This document shows positions 31,584 to 60,256 of a stretch of 64,000 bases of DNA, one piece after another. A program made the translations under genes and the position numbers. Below the pieces are notes generated by a model. The model saw nothing but the letters and a program-made list of their open reading frames with translations, searched no databases and was not told the origin of the DNA. This DNA comes from Hormiphora californensis (taxonomy: Eukaryota > Animalia > Ctenophora). Where the stretch lies: the NCBI GenBank assembly GCA_020137815.1, contig CM035356.1, positions 6,200,001-6,264,000 on the forward strand. The letters run 5' to 3'. Within the stretch, counting starts at the first letter, position 1. Every line of letters starts with the position of its first letter.

Positions 31584-34297
31584 TCTATATGGAAATGGAA
31601 AAGTTAATGTACGGGGTTATTTCATATTTGCAATAAATCTTTAGTAGGAGACTGGAGAGGAGGGTTCTCAGTTGAGGAAAAGGGGGCCAGACAACGGACC
31701 CCGGTGATCCCCGTTGCTGCTACAGCACCAAATAACAGTTACAACGGATGAACACACGAGGTGGTGCCCCGGACTCCGGAGGCCTGTCCCTGGGCACAAC
31801 TTCTCTGTGGGCACGAAATAGCCAGTGTGTACATCATATCTAAGCACAATTCTGACAGCGGAATTTAAATTTATTGTTGATTAAGCATCTGATGAGTGAT
31901 GATTCATGATGCCAGGCGAGAGGGGGCCGGTGGGAAGGGAAAAAGAAAGAAGAGAAAAAGAAGAAAAAAAGTAAGAAAAATTTGGCAAACCAACAAAAAA
32001 ATCTGATATTTTAAAACTCGTTCTCCGCGCCGCGCAATGCAGCGTATAATGATTTTATTCGCTCCTTACATTATTGTGCAACTGACACAGTGAAAACAAT
32101 TTGGTAAGAAAAAGAGAGGCGAAATTTTGAAAAAAGTGGGAAAAGCTTTTTTCTTCAAAACTGGGTGTTTTGAAAACACTGTTTTCGGTGTCAGCACTCA
32201 CGGTTTTTAAGGGTTAGGGCTAAACTAGGATTAGGGTTAGCGCTGGGGTTCTGGTTGGGCTTAAGGCTTGAGATTTCCTATCAGATAAAATTTGAATTAA
32301 CCAAAACGGTTGTGTAGTTTGGTGGTTAGAGCCATTTTAGTGCCGGCTACATTTTTTACAACAGTAAATTTAGGTGCCTTACATCGCTAAAAAATCTTCG
32401 GTTTCGGCGACCGAGACTTTTCCGAGGTTCCCCATTCGGCGGAATTGCTAACATCTCCGGCTAACTAAGTGTAGAGACAGATGGAATCTAGATGGTTACC
32501 GACGTTTGAAACCCGTTCATTGCTGTTAGCAAATGAGGGTACTGTAACAAATACGACAAAACGCTCGGTTTTTCGCGTCCTCCATCTCTATACAACTCGT
32601 GCATTAAGGGTCCATTTAAAAGTTCAGTCTTTAGACCCAACGCCTTGCTCGACCTTTTCATAGTGCTCCCAGCGAAGACATGAAAGAGTGTGCTGTGTGT
32701 TTCAACCCTCCAGGAAAAGAGAGAGCTCCACACAGCGGCTGAATGAATGGCTAAAAACACTGCCAAATTTAGCATGAGGTAGTATAAGGGAGAGACAAGG
32801 TAAAGGTAATCCAGAGGTGATCGATCTGAGTGCCCCAAATTTGGTAGATTTTGTATTACTACAGGATCAGTAGTGGTAATTATGATCAGAGGGTAATTAT
32901 AGTTATTAATTCCTGTTCCACACATTTCCCAACAATATTAATAACTTAGTCACTAATCAAATGAACTCAGGTAGGGAATGATTGGAGTTGTGCTGTTGCA
33001 CCTCCCCCGCGCCCCCCGTAGTATGAACAATACAAGATTGGAGGGCCAAAAAAAAGGAAGATATTCAGCTACAATGAAACTCCATCTGCTGACACATTGT
33101 TCCGAAAGGTATGTGCTTGATATAGAAACACACTGTTCAACTGATATGTGTGTGTGTGTGCTATTGTTCATTCCCAGTATATACAAAATAGTAAACATTG
33201 ATCCATCCATATATAATTTGATATATTTCTGGTGATGTCTATTGTTCATATTTGGTATGTTCCTGGTGATGTCTATTGTTCTATGTGTCGTAGTTTGGGT
33301 AATGAATGCAGTCAACAATGATGTTTAGAGCTCCCGTTTGATTATTACCTACTGCTTGGGGGTGGTCGGTATCATATATGCAGCTCAAGCTGCTAAATGG
33401 TATTGGTAGGGGGGGTGCGAGAAGGGATGGGAGCGATTAGACAAAGGGGTGGCGGGAGAGGGGCGGAAAGGAAAAAAAAAAAAAAAAGAAAAAAAAAAAA
33501 AAAAAAAAAAAGAGAGAAAAAGGAAACCGACCCGCCCTCTCCCCCGCCCGGGGGGGAAATCTCTCTCCTCTCTCGCTTCTTCCGTTCTCCTCTCTTTTCT
33601 CTCCTCTCTCTTTTCCCCTTTCCCTTTCCTTCTCTCTCTTCTCTCTCTTCTTCTCTCTCTCTCTCTTCTCTTTCTCGTCTTCTCCTCTCTCTTCTCTCCT
33701 TCTTCCTCCTTCTCTCTACCCTTTTCCTCTTCTAATGCAGCTTTTATAACAATATCCCCTCTTGTATTTTCCTATCTCATCTTTTGGCCTTGTCAAATTT
33801 CCCTTTTCAATCCTCCTATAGCACTTATTTAAACTGATGAATAGCCCGTACTATTGTTGAAGAGATTTAGATAAAAGTAATGCAATGGGGGGATTATTGT
33901 TGTTACCTTCAAATTCAAATGACACCTTCCAAACTTTTACCCCGGCCGGGGGAGGGATAAAAGGTCTTAAGTATGGGGGATCTATGTGGGTGGGACAGTG
34001 CCCGAAGCTAACAAAGAAGAACGGGGATTTGTGTAGAGGCTCACCACAGTTCAATTTTCAGGAAAAATTTGAGGTGGTTTTTTGGTAGGAATATAAAACA
34101 ATCGTGTCTCCCAGCTCCCCAGCTATTCAATGTTCACCTTGTGCCAAAGTTCAATCTCGTTCCCCCGATGTCCTTTTGTTTGCCTGCTGTAGCCTTGCGA
34201 TCAACTGAGAGTGCAAATGAGATAGATAGGGAGCCTGGAGAGACATAAAGGAACAGAGATTATAGACACTAGACAGAGGGGAACAGAGATAGACATA

Positions 34298-34361
<64 letters not shown>

Positions 34362-34638
34362 GCTGGGGAACTAGCTGATAGAGAAATTGTTCTGCAATCA
34401 CCGTCCTAAGAATGGGAGATGTTGTTCTGCAATCACCATCCTAAGGAGATGTTGTGTGCTGGCCCCAATTTAATGATCGGTCTCGTGTGATTGCTGCTAT
34501 CGCCTACCTTCTCAGATCAGCTGCTGGGGTACCGGCCCTTTCTTTCATTATCCTGCTTCAGTTTCTCTCTCCCATCCCTCTTCTTTTCCTCTCTCTCTCT
34601 CCTCTCATCTCTCTCTCTCTTCTCGTCGTCTCTCTCTA

Positions 34639-34671
<33 letters not shown>

Positions 34672-35362
34672 ACTCTCTGCTCTCTCTCTCTCTCACTCTC
34701 TCATCTCTCTCTACTATCTCTCCTCATCTCTCTATCTCTCCCCATCTCTCTACTATAACTCTCTCTATCCCTACTATAGCTCTCCACGGTACTCTACCTC
34801 CAGCTACTGCAGTGGTAATTTGCAGATTACATACATACACATGATCCCACTTCAAGTCCGGGAACTTCTACCGTACACCAAACAGTTGTTTTTGCAGAAT
34901 TAGAGAGATTTGAGAGCGTTGTTTAAATCATCTTTCAAACATCTTTGCAGTTGTCATGAGCACAATGACACTGTTTTGAATACACGTGTGAAACTAGTCT
35001 TGGTGACAGGGAACAATGAACATCTCTATTCATGTTATTAGGGATAAATCTGAATGGAGATATGAAAACACGTGCCTAATAATCCTAATTATTCTGCCAA
35101 AATCGTGCACGCCTTTTGAATTACGCACTCCCTGTCCTTCCTCCCTCTCCTTAACTTGGTGGTTGGTTGGCTCCTTGACTTGTGGGAGCAATGACAACGC
35201 TATAATGACTGATCATACGACGCTTGTGTATGATTCTGGACCAGAATCTCTCACTCTCTGTCTCTCTCTCTCTCTGTCTCTCTCTCTCTCTGTCTCTCTC
35301 TCTCTCTTGTCTGCCTCTCTCCATCTCTCTCCTCTCTCTCTCTCTCTCGTCTCTCTCTCTCA

Positions 35363-35475
<113 letters not shown>

Positions 35476-36399
35476 TCTCTCTCTGCCTCTGATCTCTCTC
35501 TCTCCCTCTCTCCCCTCTCTCTCTCTCCCCTCTCAGTATATACACGTCTGCATCATCCCGTAAAACTTTGATTATCTCGAACTACCTCTTGCTCTCTCTA
35601 CCACGACTGAATTGTTATACAGTGTTTTTACCGTCTTGTGTTTATCACAAAAGACTGCCCTCTCTTGTTGAGCCTCTGCCCTCGCTTGTTGAGCCCTCTC
35701 CGAATATGACAACACGTGTGTTGACCTGTCATGTATCCCACTCTCCCGGGTCAAAACAGGACCATCTAGTCGAGGCGCGTCACATCTAAGATCTATCTAC
35801 CTCTAACGGGAGGTACCTATCTAAAGATATAACGGGTTAAGTAGGCGTAACTAATATCGTTGCCGTTAATCGACGACACAGCTGCTATATCGAGAGAGAG
35901 AGTGTGTGTTGTTTTTGTTGTAACAACTCTTCCCTAGACTTGCTTCTCCCTACACATACTTTCTTCTCCCTGCTTATACTGGTCACATGCTTTCTCCTCT
36001 CTGTTGCCACTGATCTGCCTCCTCCCTCTCTTGCCTCCCTTAATGGCAGTCTGTCAATAGCAGATCCAGTTAAAGATCTGATCATCATGAAGTGACATAG
36101 ATTTGTAACAGGGCCTAATATAACATCCATATAGTTTGATATTTTTCTTGTCGTTGTAAATTACAAGATAACGTTCCTGGGTTTTTCGTAGACCCGAACT
36201 GCGACTTGGTTTTTTCACGGTAAGGAGAAGAAGACTAGGAGGGGGGAGGAGAGAGAGAGAGAGAGAAGAAGAGAGAAAGAGAGAAGGGAGAGAGAGAGGA
36301 GAGGGAGACAAGAGAAGAAACAGGACAGGCAAGAGACAGAGGACAGAGAGACAGAAGACAGAGGAGAGAGAGAAGGAGAGAGAGAGAGAGAGAGAGAGA

Positions 36400-39300
36400 G
36401 GAGGAGAGAGAGAAGGAGGGAGAGAGAGGGGGGGGGGGGGGGGTTTTTTTGTTTTTAAGAAAAAGACTAATTGTTTGGGCCCAAGGGGAGCATGTGTTTA
36501 CCGCTAGTTTTTAAAATTGCAAAGGGGCCCCGGGTGCCCTTTTTAAGTATTTCCCAAAAAAACTAAAAAAACTAAATTCTATCCCTTTTCCCCAAAAGTT
36601 TTTTAAAGGCACTGAAAATGCCGCCTTTTTTTTGGGCAGCCCATTTTTTAAGCCCTTTTACCCAATTTTTTTTTATAACTAAAGATATTATTTTTTTTAG
36701 TTTCCCCGGGAGGGCACATAATCAAAACAAAAAGTACCCCCTGAAACACCCCCAAAAGATTTATTTAAAGTATCCACTTTTGGAAACCCCCATTTAGCCC
36801 TTCTCCACACTTTTAAAAGTTTTTTTAAAACCCCCCCCTTTTTCCCTTTTTTCCGGGTTTTAATTCCCCTTCTATTTTTTAAAACCTCCTCCCACACCGT
36901 TTTTGGGCCCCATTTTTTCCCTTTTAAATTCCCCCCCCCCTTTGGTGATTTTTAAAGGCCGGGAAATATGAAAATGATCCCTTTTAGGGAATATAGAGTT
37001 TGCACCCATGATTAAATAAATACCCCTTTATTTTGGGGCAGGGGCCCCGCTGGTTGACATAAAACCCTGAATTTTTTTGCACTAGTTTCCCTGTCAAACC
37101 CCGGGCCCAAATTAATTATAAAAATTAATTTAATTTATTAGGGGCTGTTTCCCTCTTTAAAAAAAGGGCTAATGTTTTTTTTCAAAATTTTTTCCCCATT
37201 TCCCTACCCTCTTTTTTCTTGGGGTCAAACCCTGCGGGGTCGCTAGCAAAACAAAAGCCACGGGTTCCCAAACCCATAAAACCCCAAACCCCAAATTTCC
37301 ACAACATTTTTTCCTCTGTGTCCCTCTCTCTTCCCCCCCCCCTTTCCTCTCCTCTCTCTCTTTTTCCTCCTCTCTCTTCTTTTCCTCCCCTTTTCTGTTT
37401 CCCCCCCCTTCTCTTCTCTCCCCTTCTCTCTTTTCTCTCTCTCTCTATCTCTCCTCTGTCTCTCTCTCCCTCTCTCCCTCTCTCCCTCCCTCCCTCCTCC
37501 CCTCTCCTCTCTCCCTCCCTCCCTCTCTCTTTCTCCTCCCTCCCTCTCCTCTCTCCCCACTCTCTCTCTTCTTTTCCCTCTCTTCCCCTTCCTCTTCTCT
37601 TTTACCCTCTCCCCCTCTGCCCTCCCCCTCTCCCTCCCCTCCCTCTTTCTCTATCCCCCTCTTTTCCTCTCACCTCTTCTCCCCTCTCTCTCTCCCCTTT
37701 CTCTCTCTCTCTCCTCCCCCCTTCCTTCTCCCTCCCCTTCCTTCTCTCCCTCTCCCCCCCCTTTCCCTCTCTATCTCCCCCCCCCTCCCCTCTATTCTAT
37801 CAAATTTTCACCCCCATAGCCCCCCAAACCCCAACCCCTTTTTTTTTCCCCTCGCTCCCGTTTGAAAGGGGGTTAATCCAATTCTTTAAAAGGGGATTTT
37901 TTGTGGGGGTGGGGTTTTGGGCAGAGTGTTATGCACTCTCCCCAAAGGGGGGCTACTCTGCTGCGGGAGTCGCCATTTTCCCTCCCCCCCGGACTCCCTT
38001 TTAACCCTCCCCTATACCCCGTCTCCCCTAATAAAGCAAAAATACCCCCCTTCCCATTTTTCACAAGATTTTTTTTTTTTCCTAGGCACCATTTTTTTTT
38101 TTGGGAGAATCTTTAAACCCCCCACCGTCAAAATGTTTCCAAAAAGGGGTATTTTAAAACCGACATCATTTTCCCCTCCCCTTCTCTCCATCCTCCCCAA
38201 CTCTCTCTTTTTTCCCCAGCAAAACCATTAAAAAATCACCCTCTCGGAAAAGGGGGTTAAGGTCGATAGAAATTAGGCTTTGCGTGCCAGTTAGCGGGAT
38301 TTCAAGAGCTCTATGTATTTCTTGCTCTCACACCACTTGCAGAGTCTTGACCTTGTCTTTGGCTTACCTTTATCCTCATTGCTCATTTCTTTCTCTCATC
38401 ACTCCCCTTTTTCTCCTCCCCCCCTCCCCTTTTCTCTTTTTCTCCTCCCTCCTTTCCCCTTTTAATCTCTCTCTCACACCCCCCAAATTTCTTTATTTCT
38501 CTCCCCTACCCTTCTCCTTCACACCCCCCTATTTTTTTTTTATTTCTCCCCTATTTTTCCCCTACATTTTATATCCCCCCTACATATTCTCCCCTAACCC
38601 TCTCTTTTATCTTCCTGATCCCTCTCGCTTTTTCCCTTTTTCCCCCCTTTTTCTTTTTTTCCCCTTTTTTCCCAATAATTTGTCCCATTTGGTTTTTCCC
38701 TTGCAATTCCCAATCCTGCAAAAGGGAAAAGAACATGCTCTCCCTCTCTCTCTCCCCCCCCTCTCTCTCTCTCCCTGACCCTTTTCCCTCTCTTCTCCTC
38801 TTCCCCTCTCTCTCCTTCTCTCCTCGCTCCCCCTCCGCTTTCCTCTCCCCCGATATCTCCCCTCCCCTCTTCCTCCCTCTATCTCTCCCCGATTTTTTTC
38901 CCCTTTTTGATATTCCCTTCATTTTCATTTTTGGTTTAAAATGAATTCTATTTTTACTTTTGACCCAAAGGGTTTTTATAACCAATTTTTCAACGATAAA
39001 AAGTATTTTGTTTTTTTTTGGGCTTTAAAGTTCAACCCTCCTTTGGGTGAGACGGGGCCCCGGAAAACTTTTGCGGGGCCCCCTTTTTGGTCACAACCCC
39101 AAAATTTTACCTACCATTTTTTGGTCTGTTGTTGTGCAAACCCTTTTTTTTTCCGGCACGTTCAAAACGAGGGAACGATCCCCTTACTTCCTATTTTTTC
39201 CCCAAACCCCCTCGTGGGGTTTTTAAAGTTTTTTTGGTGTTGCTTATTAAATATTTAAAAAACATAGCACCGGGGGCCTTCTTTTTTTTGAAGCCTAATT

Positions 39301-40600
39301 GTTTTGGTTTAAAAGCCCTATTATTACTTGTATTATTTGTCTAACCAGTATTTATACATGTACGTGCAAATATATAGTTTTATGATCTGATAGCTGTTTG
39401 GGGATTGATTGGGGTTTGAGGTGGGCTTTTATTATAGCTATAGGGGATTGGGGAAAGGGGCTTTGGGATTCCCCCCTTTTCATGCTGGTAAAAAAAGCCC
39501 CCTGATCTCAGTTTTTTTAAAAGGGGGGATATTTTTTAACAGAAATCTGGCCTCCTGAAAATGGGGGTTTTAAAAATTTTTTTGGGGTAATACGGGTGTC
39601 CCCACTGTTTTTTCGTGCCCCTGGTTTTTGGGGCTGACTACCCTTTTTTAAAGGGGGAACCCCGGCGTTTTTTTCATCATCAGTCCCCAAACCAAATGCT
39701 TCCCGGGGGTTTTAGGCCCATACAAAATGGACCTCAAAAAATCAATTTTTAGCCCTAAATTCAAATTTCCCTTTTTTGCTACACCTTTTTTTCAAAGGGG
39801 AGTTTTTTTTCAATTTTTTTTTTGGAATTTTTTTTAAACCCCAGGACCCCTTTTTTGGATAGAAACCCTTAAATTCTTGGTTTTAAAGAGGAAAAATAAA
39901 GGGTTTAAAAAAGCCCAAAAAAGGGGTTTTTTTAAAGGAACTTTATTTTTTTGACCCCTGAGAACGGTTTTTTTTTTTTTGGGCTTTTTTTTGACCCCGC
40001 TGGGTGAGAAAGTTCCCCCCTGCCCCTTTTTTAGAGATAAAAACTGGAAATAGTTTTTTTCCAAACGTTTCTATTTTTTGGGCCCAAAAATTTTTTAAAA
40101 TTTCCCCCCCAAAAATTGGCGTGTAAAAAAGAGTTTTTTTTTGTGAAACCCCTTTTGAAAAAAAAGGGGAAAATTTCCCTTTTAAACTCCCAAAAAGGAT
40201 TATCGTAAAAGACCTCGACCCCAAACTTAATCGATTCAAAAAGGGCCCCCCAAATTTTTTTTTTGGGGGCTTCCTTTTAGAGACATTTTTGGGTCCTACT
40301 CCCAAACCCTTTTTTGCTGTAAATTGGGGGGAAAACCAAATTCTAAAAAAAGGGGGGGAACCCCCTCCTATTCCCGTACCTGCCCCTTTGGGGTTTATTT
40401 TTTCCCCCTTTTCTTGCTGATCCCTTTTTTTGCAAATTTAAAAACAAAAAAGGGTTGGGAAGGGGGGGGGGAAAAAATTTTCTCTCCCGAAGACCCCCCC
40501 CAAAATCGTCGCTTTCTGAACGTTTTTAAACCCTTTTTCCCCCCAGGGCCCCTACGATCATCCGTTTTTGAGATACAGGGAATTTCCCTCTTTTTCAAAA
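36400..40600. other. Low-accuracy, homopolymer-inflated assembly sequence
   Basis: Pervasive homopolymer runs; 39650-40300 is a corrupted reverse complement of cleaner sequence at ~40450-41060. Confidence 0.75.
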
Positions 40601-41064
40601 AGACGGGTTTCACAAAACAAGCTCTGTACACCGCATCTTTGGCGGGAAAGTTCCAAAATTTTTGGGCCACATAGATAATCGTTTTGAGCAACTATTTCCA
40701 GATTTTCATCTCTAATGAAGCATGGGAACATTCTCAGCCAGCGTGTCAAAGAAGCAAAAAAGTAAACCGTTCTCATGGTCAGAAATAAGCTCCATTTCAA
40801 AAATCCTTCTTTGGGCTTATTCACCTTTATATTCTCTTTAAATTCCAAGAATTTAATGTTTCTATCTCAAAAAAAGTGGTCCTGAGGTTAAAAATTCCAA
40901 CAAAAATTGAAAAAACTCCACTTTGAAAATAGACTGTAGCAAAAATATGAATTCGAATTTAGGGCTAAAATTGCATATTTGAGGTCCATTTTGTATGGCC
41001 TAAACCCTGGTGAAGTCATTTGGTTGGGCACTCGATGATGAAAAACGCCAGGTGTACCCTTAAA
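39648..41064. mobile_element. ~1.4-kb foldback element ending ...GTACCC|TTAA (Kolobok/piggyBac-type TTAA end); left arm degraded
   Basis: CCATACAAAATGGACCTCAAA, TTAGCCCTAAATTC and TGAGAACGGTTT occur inverted in both arms. Confidence 0.65.
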
Positions 41065-41485
41065 ATGGTCATATATCATCGAAGTACACTCTTCGAGTTG
41101 TAGAATTTCTTGGTATGTGGCAGCTTGTGATGTTAGGGCTACCATCAAATTTCACTGATTGTTGTTCTCATCATACTTTATTAGTTAGATCCCTAGTAGT
41201 GAAGTAGGAGTGAAAAACTAGGAGGTAGAGAGATAAAGAAATAATGAATGAGAAGGCGAAAGTGAGATGATTAATCATTTTCTTCAAATAGAGCGTACTT
41301 CTTGCTATTCCTTATAACCTAATAGAGCTTTCTACTGATATACAGAACAGCGATCTTCTTATTACGGATGGTTGAGTCTCATCTCTCCTGCCCATGCATA
41401 AACATATACCAATGTCCATGTCCTTGTGTTGACCTTTATAGCTACTGCCTAAACACCAAAGAGCAATCTAGACCACGCATTGTAT

Positions 41486-42628
41486 CCCATAACATGATAA
41501 TTGTACTGTTGTAAGCAGTTGAGGACCAGATAGACCATTTTAAAGACAGTATAAATAAAGTATAACTCTTCAAGAAGATAATTATATGTGCAAATAGAAC
41601 TACATCTGATGTGTTTTTTCCACAAACTCCATTTAACTCGTTCACGCCTCTGCTTTGATTTTTTGTTTCGTCGCCTGTTTTGTCACCTGTTTTGTCACCT
41701 GTCATTGTCTCACGTAAAAAGGCCTTTTTAGTGTCCCGATGTTGCTTTTAAGTTAGTCAGGTCCATTTGAATCTTCACCGAATCGGTTGTGAAGTTTCGG
41801 GATTGCTACTTCCGGGCCAATGGGCAAATACTCTCGTTCATGGCCGGCTATTGTGTATGTTTTACCATAACAGGGTGATGTTGATTTCGAGGAAAGATGA
41901 CATTTATAAGATCAAAGAGGCTACGAGATCGGACTGACCCAATCAGCATCGTCATCCCTCATTAGCAGATGTGGTACTTGGATTCTCTACCTACTTAGAC
42001 AATTCGTATACTGGAACACGATCAACGATTAGTGAAGATCACATGACCTGATAACTTTAAGAAACATGACACTGTGGTTCTCTATTGTGGTTGTCCCATT
42101 TAAGGCTGATCTTGGTCACACAATTGGAAAGCTAATCGATAGCCAAACATATTGGGTTAAAATTTTGAACCGGCAAATAATTTTTTCACTGGAATGAATG
42201 CCAATGTTCATTCCGTTCATGAAAATGAATTTTGAGGGTAGAGCTCTGATTTTTTCTCTGTCAGGATCAAGATAGACATAGTGGAGCCAACCCTGCAGTT
42301 AACAGCTCTCCCCACACACATTCGTGGGTGGGTGGCAACTTGGTGGTCTAGGTGGTGGCATTTTTTTTTTGCCGCACACGGTATCTGTCTAAACCAAAGA
42401 GCTCTAAACCTCCCATAACATGATAAGTGTATTGTTGTAAGCGTTTGAGGACTAGTTAGACCATTTTAAAGACAGTATAGACTATAGATAAAGTACAACT
42501 TCAAGAAGATAATTATATGTGCAAATAGAACTACATCTGATGTGTTTTTTCTACAAACTCCATTTAACTCGTTCACGCTTTGATTTTCTGTTTCGTCACC
42601 TGTTTCGTCACCTGTCTTTGTCTCACGT
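41486..42628. repeat. ~220-bp direct repeats (41486-41716 and 42412-42628) flanking ~700 bp with a possible degenerate piggyBac transposase fragment
   Basis: CCCATAACATGATAA...TGTCTCACGT occurs twice. Internal broken frames give GQILSF, FRGKMTFIRSKRLR and YLDNSYT. Confidence 0.55.
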
Positions 42629-42849
42629 TGATATGTATTCGTAATAGCCGCCTTTAGTACCCGGAAGCTATCGAAAAGTAGTTGAACTATTATACTACTC
42701 CGATCTATGCCTTTTCTCAGGTGGTGACGTGGAGAGAGGAGAAAGATAGAGGGGAGGAGAGAGGGGAAGAGAGAGAGACGGATAGATAGACTTAGAGGGA
42801 GAAAAGATACAGAGACAGAAAAATAGAGACAGGGAGACAGAGGCAGAGT

Positions 42850-43150
42850 TAGGGGGACAGAGAGACAGAGAGACAGAGAGACAGAGAGACAGAGAGACAG
42901 AGAGACAGAGACGGAGACAGAGACAGAGACAGAGACAGAGACAGAGACAGAGACAGAGACAGAGACAGAGACAGAGACAGAGACAGAGACAGAGACAGAG
43001 ACAGAGACAGAGACAGAGACAGAGACAGAGACAGAGACAGAGACAGAGACAGAGACAGAGACAGAGACAGAGACAGGGGGACAGAGAGACAGAGACAGAG
43101 ACAGAGACAGGGGGACAGAGAGACAGAGAGACAGAGACAGAGACAGAGAC
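42850..43150. repeat. (GAGACA)n microsatellite
   Basis: Long near-perfect hexamer array. Confidence 0.95.
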
Positions 43151-43771
43151 AGTATATGCTTTATTCTGGCAGCCAGCCTGTGACAACGTGTTCATCTTGG
43201 ACACGTTTTTTCTTCTAACGGAGCAGCCGCGACAAATTAATATTTCCCTCTGCTTCTTTGTAACATTGCACTGTCCGCAGGTACAAATGAGAGCCCATTA
43301 ATTAATTATACCCACCATTATAATGTATGAACCTCAGTTTAAAGCTTGAACCAGTTAATTGGTGTTTCCGGCTCCTTACGTGTGTGTCACACACATCGCG
43401 GCCATCTCGACATGCATATATTGTGTCGCGTTAATGATTCGCATATATAAATAATTTGGAATATGTTTTCTGTTTTGATGCTAATTGATTGGGTTTAAGT
43501 GGGTTTAAGTGGGTACTGGGTGTTTATTTGTTAGCCCTTGATAACCTAGCTGTTGGTTACGAAGTCACCCCTGTTATATTATATTGCATATTTTGCGGAG
43601 GGGTAATTTCATTACCAAGATATATCCTGTGTTATGCTAAATTTTGTTGACATAGTAAGACTATCACTAGAGTTTTCTCGAATCTTAAGATTTATTGTCC
43701 TTTACTTGACGAAAATACTGTTTTCTTGAGGCTTCTACTTAGACTTCTACTTAGACCGAGCCCTGGTGTAT

Positions 43772-43880
43772 CAGGAACCGACCGAAACAAGTAAACAACC
43801 AATCGAGAACTCGTTATTTAGGTCACGTGACTGGATATCAGCCAATCAGAGACCAGTACTTCCTGATTCGGTCGATTCCA
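43772..43880 (+). mobile_element. CAGGAA-family MITE copy
   Basis: Family consensus. Confidence 0.75.
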
Positions 43881-45281
43881 GCTGAGTATACTATCGATTT
43901 GCTCCCTTGTTTGAACTGGATTTGAACAATACTAATTGTTATTACTGCAGTCACTCATCGGCTGTAGAGGTCACTTAGATCAGAGGTAAGGAGGAGAGAA
44001 GAGAGGAGGCGAGAAAAAGAGGAGGAAGAGAGAGAAGAAAAGGAAAAGAAGAGAAGAGAGAGAAACAAAGAGAGACCCCAGAGAGAGAAAGGAAGAAAAG
44101 AGACAGAGGAGAGAGAGAGCAGAGGAAGCAGAACGAGAGAGAGAGAAGGGTAAGAGAGAAAAGAGAAGAGAGGGGAGAAAAGAGAGAAGAGAGAGAGATG
44201 AGAGAGGAGAGAAGAGAGAAAGAGAGAGAAAGAGAGAGAGGGGAGAGAAAAATAGAGAGAGAAGATCAGGATGCAGCTAACTCTTCCTCATGTTTTTTTC
44301 CTGCTCTCTTAAAACTATTTCTCTTCCCTCCTTCATTTGTTCGACGCCAACTATAATATTTCTCTTTATGCGGGTTACCAAACCCGAATGAAGTGGCGGC
44401 TTGTATGATTTCTATGTCCAATTATTTTGCCTTGCTTGACAGTTTCATGTAAAGGGGGGTATTAGGAATAACAACTTTGTGTGAAATTCATCCGTTTTAT
44501 TAGTGGTTTGGAATGGGTTAGGGGTTTGGTTAAAATCACGGTGGTGTGGGTTCCCCCCCCTGGTTCCCGCTCAGTGCACGCAGCCTTTCAGCCAAACCCC
44601 TATTTTGGGGTCCCTTCGGGAGTATTTTAACCGAAAGGATGAACCAGCAGGGTTGGAAAAGAGTGCAGTTTTTATGAGAAAAATTGGAGTAGGGGTACAC
44701 ATGATTTTGGGCTTCCACAGTGCACTTAGAAAAAAAAAAAAAAAAGAAAAAAAAAAAAAGGGGGAGAGAGGGAGAAAAGAGAGAGAAGAAAAAGGGGGGG
44801 GGGCCCCCCTTTTCCCTCTCTCTACTTCTCCCCCTCTTTCTCTTTTCCCTCCCTCCCTCCCCCTTCCCCCCCTTTCTCTCTCTCTCTCTTTCTTTTCCTT
44901 TCTTTTTGATCAGTTATTTATAGCAATTGGGGGCGATCATGATCAGGTTTTGTTTATTTTTGAAGAGTCATTCCGTTATAACTCTCATCTGCAGCATCTA
45001 ATGATATCTCTTATCCAATATGATCAAGAAATGGATATGATGCAGAATGAAGGTGGATCTCACAAGCATTCATCATACAATGAACACTTCAGGCATTGCG
45101 TGATATATTTCGTGATATTATCACGATGTGATATAATGCAGTACGTGGTATGCGAAAGTCGACAAACTATAATAATAGTAATAGTAATAAGGGGATGAAG
45201 ATCCAATATTAGGGAGAAATATCACGCGCCTGGATACATGTTCTATGACTCACGTGTCTCTACAAATTTTCATATTTTCAG

Positions 45282-60256
<14,975 letters not shown>

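Noticed and set aside
31640-31920. Structured ncRNA or hammerhead (CTGATGAG)
   Set aside because: No GAAA/stem completion and no recognisable snRNA, snoRNA or RNase P motifs.
32488-33318. Minus-strand ORFs of 145 and 121 aa
   Set aside because: No recognisable motif and no phase-consistent exon chain found.
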